DNA from: Candidatus Daviesbacteria bacterium RIFCSPLOWO2_01_FULL_39_23
GTDB lineage: Bacteria > Patescibacteriota > Microgenomatia > Daviesbacterales > UBA10151
Length of the DNA stretch: 64,000 nucleotides
Reading direction: 5' to 3'
Assembly (NCBI GenBank): GCA_001776935.1
Contig: MFDN01000015.1
Location: forward strand, 102,578-166,577
In this document: positions 59,626-64,000 of the stretch, piece after piece
Position numbering within the stretch: position 1 is the first letter of the stretch
Layout of the letters: each line of letters starts with the position of its first letter
Made by a program: the position numbers and the translations under genes
The notes under the pieces: generated by a model
The model's database searches: none
What the model saw: the letters and a program-made list of their open reading frames with translations, nothing else
Told to the model about the DNA's origin: nothing

Positions 59626-60821
59626 AAAAAATAATAGATACATTTCAGACTTTAACTAATCTGCAAAGAGTTTTAGTTTTAATAATTTTAGGAGTGGTAG
59701 TGTATGGCGCTTCCACAAGCTTATCGTATTCTTTATTCAGCCGGTTTATTTCAACTCCTTCGGTTAAAGAAGGCGGTACGTCTTCACTGCCAACTGCGAC
59801 AACAGCTTTTGTTGAGGATCCGAACGAGCCAAGGACAGAAATTTGCCCGTTAAACGGTAATAAACATACCAAAAAAGCCAAAGAATTCTGGGAAAAGAGA
59901 CGCCCTCTGGCAGTTATGATTGAAAACCACACAGAAGCAAGGCCCCAGTCCGGGTTATCCTCTGCAGATGTAGTATATGAGGCTGTGGCAGAAGGCGGAA
60001 TTACCAGATTCATGGCTTTGTTTTATTGTAATCTTGCAGACACTCAGGTGGGTCCTGTCAGATCAGCAAGAACGTATTTTCTGGATCCGCTTGCAGAGTA
60101 TGATGCTTCGTACGCTCATGTAGGAGGAGCTAATACTCCCGGCCCCGCTGATGCATTGTCACAGATTATTAAATACGGAGTTAAGGATTTGAACCAATTC
60201 AGTATAGGATTTCCTGTTTTTTGGAGAGATTATCAGCGATTGGGTCATTCTGTCGCTACAGAACATACAATGTATTCAACCACCGCAAAACTTTGGGAGG
60301 TTGCAGCAAAACGTGGATTTTTGGCTACAGATTCAGCCGGGATACGATGGGATAAAAACTTTAAGCCATGGACCTTTAAAGATGATGAGCAAAGCTCTTC
60401 TACGAATAAAGCCGGAGGTGCAACCGCTAAGATTGCAGTTAATTTTTGGGAAAGCCAGCCTTCATACAGGGTAGAATGGAATTATGATGCTGCTACAAAT
60501 TCATATAAAAGGAAAAACGGTGAGTCTCATCTAGATTTAAACAATAAAAAGCAGCTTGATGCAAAAGTTGTTATTGTGCAATTCCAAAAGGAATCTAATG
60601 CTAACGACGGCTATCCGGGGAATGTGCACCTGTTATACGGGACAACAGGTACCGGCAAAGCATTAATTTTCCAGGATGGGAATGTTTTGGAAGGGAAATG
60701 GGTTAAGACCTCAAGAACTGCAAGAAGTAAGTTTGTGGATAAATCAGGTAAGGAAGTGGAATTAAACAGAGGCCAAATTTGGATCCAAACTGTCCCGGAA
60801 GGATCCAAAGTAAGCTACTGA
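59622..60821 (+). CDS. DUF3048 (YerB-like) extracellular protein
   Basis: RPLAVMIEN...ARPQSGL..ADVVYE..AEGGITR, GPVRSAR. Confidence 0.88.
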   Translation: MKKIIDTFQTLTNLQRVLVLIILGVVVYGASTSLSYSLFSRFISTPSVKEGGTSSLPTATTAFVEDPNEPRTEICPLNGNKHTKKAKEFWEKRRPLAVMIENHTEARPQSGLSSADVVYEAVAEGGITRFMALFYCNLADTQVGPVRSARTYFLDPLAEYDASYAHVGGANTPGPADALSQIIKYGVKDLNQFSIGFPVFWRDYQRLGHSVATEHTMYSTTAKLWEVAAKRGFLATDSAGIRWDKNFKPWTFKDDEQSSSTNKAGGATAKIAVNFWESQPSYRVEWNYDAATNSYKRKNGESHLDLNNKKQLDAKVVIVQFQKESNANDGYPGNVHLLYGTTGTGKALIFQDGNVLEGKWVKTSRTARSKFVDKSGKEVELNRGQIWIQTVPEGSKVSY

Positions 60822-60852
60822 TGAGTGATTGCCTGCCTGAAAGGAGGTGGCA

Positions 60853-61446
60853 ATGTTAGAGGAATTATTTGTTTCAAGAGTCCGGGTAAAAATACTACAA
60901 CTTTTTTTGTCTTTACCTGTTGATACGCTTTTTCATGTCCGGGAAATTGTGAGACGTGTCTCGGAAGAAATCAATGCTGTTAGACGAGAGCTTGCAAGAA
61001 TGGAAAAATATGGGATGGTCTCGTCAGAATGGCGCGCCAACAGAAGATTATATAGATTCAAAAAAGACTATATTTTTTATGGAGAATTATTAGCTTTAGT
61101 GGCTAAAACTACTGGTTTAGGCGGAAACTTAATTAAAAATAAGAATAAACTTGGAAAGATTAAGTTTGCTTTTGTATCAACAAAATTTTTTAAAGGAAAA
61201 AAGCTTGAAGAGAGCGATAATGTTGATATTTTAGTAGTGGGGAGTATCGTACTTCCGCAGTTGCAAGCTATTATTTCCGACGAGCAGGCAAAAAGAGAAG
61301 CGGAGATAAATTATTCGTTTATGGATGAGGCAGAATTTAAATTTAGGGTTAAAAGAAGAGACCCATTTATTCTAAAAGTATTAATCCAACCGAAAATTAT
61401 GCTAATTGGAGATGAGGATGAAATACTGGAAGGGATAATTGTTTAG
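60853..61446 (+). CDS. Winged-HTH protein with degenerate nucleotidyltransferase-like domain
   Basis: LF.SRVRVKIL, HVREIVR...EEINAVRREL, VDILVVG, EINY; SD AGGAGG upstream. Confidence 0.7.
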   Translation: MLEELFVSRVRVKILQLFLSLPVDTLFHVREIVRRVSEEINAVRRELARMEKYGMVSSEWRANRRLYRFKKDYIFYGELLALVAKTTGLGGNLIKNKNKLGKIKFAFVSTKFFKGKKLEESDNVDILVVGSIVLPQLQAIISDEQAKREAEINYSFMDEAEFKFRVKRRDPFILKVLIQPKIMLIGDEDEILEGIIV

Positions 61447-61455
61447 ACTAAAGTT

Positions 61456-62760
61456 ATGAAGCCGCGGGCTGTGTTGTGGATTATTGTTTTTATTACTATA
61501 ATTTCGCTCTTTTTTAATCTTCCTGCATTTCCTAAAGTTAAAATATTGGGCAGAAGTGTAAACATAGATTTTCCTTTGAAATTAGGACTTGATTTGCAGG
61601 GAGGGACTCAGGTTGTTTTAGAAGCTCAAATGGATAAGATAGATCCGCAGAACAGGGATGCGGCGCTTGAGTCTGCTAAAAATGTTATAGAAAAAAGGGT
61701 TAATTTGTTTGGCGTATCTGAAGCTTTGGTCCAGTCTTCAAAGATAGGCGATCAAAGAAGAATTTTGGTTGAATTGCCGGGTTTAAAGGATGCCTCAGCA
61801 GCAGCGGCCATGATTGGCAAAACTGCACAGTTGGATTTTAGGGAACAGATTGCAACCCCCTCATCTGAGGCAACCCGATCCGCGCAGGCATTATTTGATA
61901 GTTTTAGACCAACCGGGTTAACGGGGGCGGATTTAAAAAAGGCTCAGGTGACATTCGGAAGTGGAAATGGAAAAACAGGACCGCAAGTATCGATTGAGTT
62001 TACCCAGGAAGGGGCTTCCAAGTTTGCAGAAGTTACAAAAAGAAATATTAACAAGCCGTTGGCTATGTTTTTAGATAATGCACCTATCAGTTGGCCTCCT
62101 CCTGTTGTTCAACAGGAAATTATTGGCGGAAATGCCGTTATAACGGGCAACTTTACAACAGATGAGGCGAAAAACTTGGCCATTCAGCTTAACGCGGGAG
62201 CATTGCCTGTGCCGATTAAGATTTTGGAACAAAGATCCATCGGTCCAACGCTGGGAGCAGAATCGGTGAATAAAAGTTTGGTCGCGGGAATAATAGGGCT
62301 TGCCATTGTTGCCGTATATATGGGAGCATATTATGGTGTTTTGGGGCTGATTGCAGACGTTGCTTTAATTATTTATACGATTTTGATTCTTGCAATATTT
62401 AAAACAGGTCTTTTTATTCTGCCGCCTGTAACTTTAACATTAGCAGGAATTGCCGGATTTATCTTATCGATCGGGATGGCAGTTGACGCAAATATTTTAA
62501 TTTTTGAAAGAATGAAGGAAGAAATCCGCTGGGGAAAGGGCAAAACTACAGCATTAGAATTGGGTTTTAAAAGAGCTTGGTCTTCCATTTGGGCTTCTAA
62601 TGTTTCCTCTCTCATTACGGCTGCAATTTTATATGGAATGGGCACTTCCCTTATACGGGGTTTTGCCATAACTTTAGCAATAGGAGTGATGGTTTCGATG
62701 TTTACAAGTTATGTGGTGACCAGAACATTTTTGAGATATGTAATAAGTGAAAAAAGATAG
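61456..62760 (+). CDS. secD: Protein translocase subunit SecD
   Basis: LGLDLQGG, LNAGALPVP, IGPTLG, TLAGIAG.ILSIGMAVDANILIFER. Confidence 0.97.
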   Translation: MKPRAVLWIIVFITIISLFFNLPAFPKVKILGRSVNIDFPLKLGLDLQGGTQVVLEAQMDKIDPQNRDAALESAKNVIEKRVNLFGVSEALVQSSKIGDQRRILVELPGLKDASAAAAMIGKTAQLDFREQIATPSSEATRSAQALFDSFRPTGLTGADLKKAQVTFGSGNGKTGPQVSIEFTQEGASKFAEVTKRNINKPLAMFLDNAPISWPPPVVQQEIIGGNAVITGNFTTDEAKNLAIQLNAGALPVPIKILEQRSIGPTLGAESVNKSLVAGIIGLAIVAVYMGAYYGVLGLIADVALIIYTILILAIFKTGLFILPPVTLTLAGIAGFILSIGMAVDANILIFERMKEEIRWGKGKTTALELGFKRAWSSIWASNVSSLITAAILYGMGTSLIRGFAITLAIGVMVSMFTSYVVTRTFLRYVISEKR

Positions 62761-62768
62761 GTTTCAAG

Positions 62769-63644
62769 ATGAAATTTATAAGCAGAAAGCCTCATTATGA
62801 ATATTTAAGAAATAAATGGACTTTGCGCAATCAGGCTATCCAAAATAATTTTTGGGAAAAACATAGCGAAGCCTTAAAGCATTTTGCAGTTGGTTCTTTA
62901 GGAGGGTTAATGTTATTATCTGCGCCTTCTCATCCGCGGTTGTCGGCTGCTTCGGAATATGCGCTAAGCCGCGACGATGTCTTAAAAAGTTATGACCGCA
63001 ATGTCTTATTGGCTCAGGAATTATTGGATAAAATACCCAAAGAGGTTAGACCCTTGGAGCAGACAGAAGAAAAAGATATAACTGAGATATTATCCCGCAA
63101 TTTCGATATAAAAATAACGGCACAGCTGAATGACATCAGGCTTAATAGGAATTATGGTTTAATTGGAGGAGAGCAGCACCTATACCGTTATCCTGGTGAT
63201 AATTTGTCTGCTCATGCATATAATGCGTCTGATTTTGCAAAGTACGCTGATGCCGGTATTGCGCCGGGACTTGGAGCATGGGGCTATTTTGCGCCTTCGC
63301 AAAAGGATTTCGGAGAAGTTAATAAGGAAAGGGAAAGGTATTACCTGGCAATTCAAACTTTTAAAGCGCCGGGTTTTGCAGAGAATTTTATAAAATACAG
63401 GGATTTTTTTAAGTTTCGGAAGATGCTGGTGGTGAATCCTAAAACCGGACAGACTGTTGTGGCAGTAGTTGGCGATGCAGGTCCTTCCGAATGGACAGGT
63501 AAGCACTTGGGCGGTTCACCAGAGGTGATGGATGAGTTGGGGCTTGCCTCGGGTCCAAGAAAAGGGCCGGTGCTGTATTTTTTTATTGATGACCCGGAAA
63601 ATAAAATTCCTTTGGGTCCGCTTAAAGTTAGGAGTGATGCATGA
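62769..63644 (+). CDS. Hypothetical protein with possible DPBB/RlpA-like C-terminal fold
   Basis: 291-aa ORF; C-terminal VVNPKTGQTVVAVVGDAGP resembles DPBB-type motifs. Confidence 0.6.
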   Translation: MKFISRKPHYEYLRNKWTLRNQAIQNNFWEKHSEALKHFAVGSLGGLMLLSAPSHPRLSAASEYALSRDDVLKSYDRNVLLAQELLDKIPKEVRPLEQTEEKDITEILSRNFDIKITAQLNDIRLNRNYGLIGGEQHLYRYPGDNLSAHAYNASDFAKYADAGIAPGLGAWGYFAPSQKDFGEVNKERERYYLAIQTFKAPGFAENFIKYRDFFKFRKMLVVNPKTGQTVVAVVGDAGPSEWTGKHLGGSPEVMDELGLASGPRKGPVLYFFIDDPENKIPLGPLKVRSDA

Positions 63645-63964
63645 AAACTTTTTATTCTCATTTAATCGAAATAGAGTCTGTAAATGTGGAACTTTATAAG
63701 TTAGATTTATCAAAAGAACAAGCTTTGCACCTTGCGGGATTAATTGATTCGAGTCTGCATCACACGATTTTGGATACTATTTTATCAAAACTTTCGTCAA
63801 GCGATAAAAGAGTTTTTTTGAACCATTTAAAAGAAGATGATCATGATAAGATATGGCGGTTTTTAAATGAAAAAGTTGATAAAATTGAAGTTGAAATTAA
63901 AAAAGCAGCAAAGGATTTAAAAGACCAGCTGCAGAAGGATTTAATGGAGGCAAAAAGAAAGTAA
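63641..63964 (+). CDS. Hypothetical helical protein
   Basis: 107-aa ORF overlapping the upstream stop (ATGA). Confidence 0.65.
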   Translation: MKTFYSHLIEIESVNVELYKLDLSKEQALHLAGLIDSSLHHTILDTILSKLSSSDKRVFLNHLKEDDHDKIWRFLNEKVDKIEVEIKKAAKDLKDQLQKDLMEAKRK

Positions 63965-63966
63965 CT

Positions 63967-64000
63967 ATGAATCTGATGAAATATAAGACCTGGTACTTTG
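63967..64000 (+). CDS. Start of a gene cut by the window edge, possibly secF
   Basis: MNLMKYKTWYF resembles SecF N-termini; only 11 codons are visible. Confidence 0.35.
   Translation, partial: MNLMKYKTWYF

Overview
A ~37% GC (visual estimate) core-genome window of a bacterium that looks like Patescibacteria/CPR, Microgenomates-like. This is an inference from the absence of rpmD/L30, extended ribosomal proteins, few Shine-Dalgarno sites and a GT-C glycosyltransferase cluster. It holds rpoB-rpoC, an interrupted str operon, the S10-spc-alpha cluster, rplM-rpsI, a phosphomannomutase, metK behind a SAM riboswitch, tRNA-Pro(GGG), recA-recX-rny, HU, miaA, RNase P RNA, comM and secD. The most notable unexplained structure is a family of REP-like palindromes (GTC-AT[CCT/TCC/TGC]...[AGG/GGA/GCA]AT-CTC). 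They bracket two small GIY-YIG nuclease genes inserted in the str operon and recur without a nuclease as inverted pairs, inside a riboswitch platform and in-frame inside genes. The layout resembles RAYT/REPIN systems but with a GIY-YIG nuclease. The second module is followed by a diverged copy of the last 10 codons of fusA. Other candidates are a 6S-like RNA before rny, a stand-alone GreA coiled-coil protein behind a leader terminator, a structured rplC leader, and heptamer tandem repeats scattered through genes. All calls were made by eye, with no database searches.
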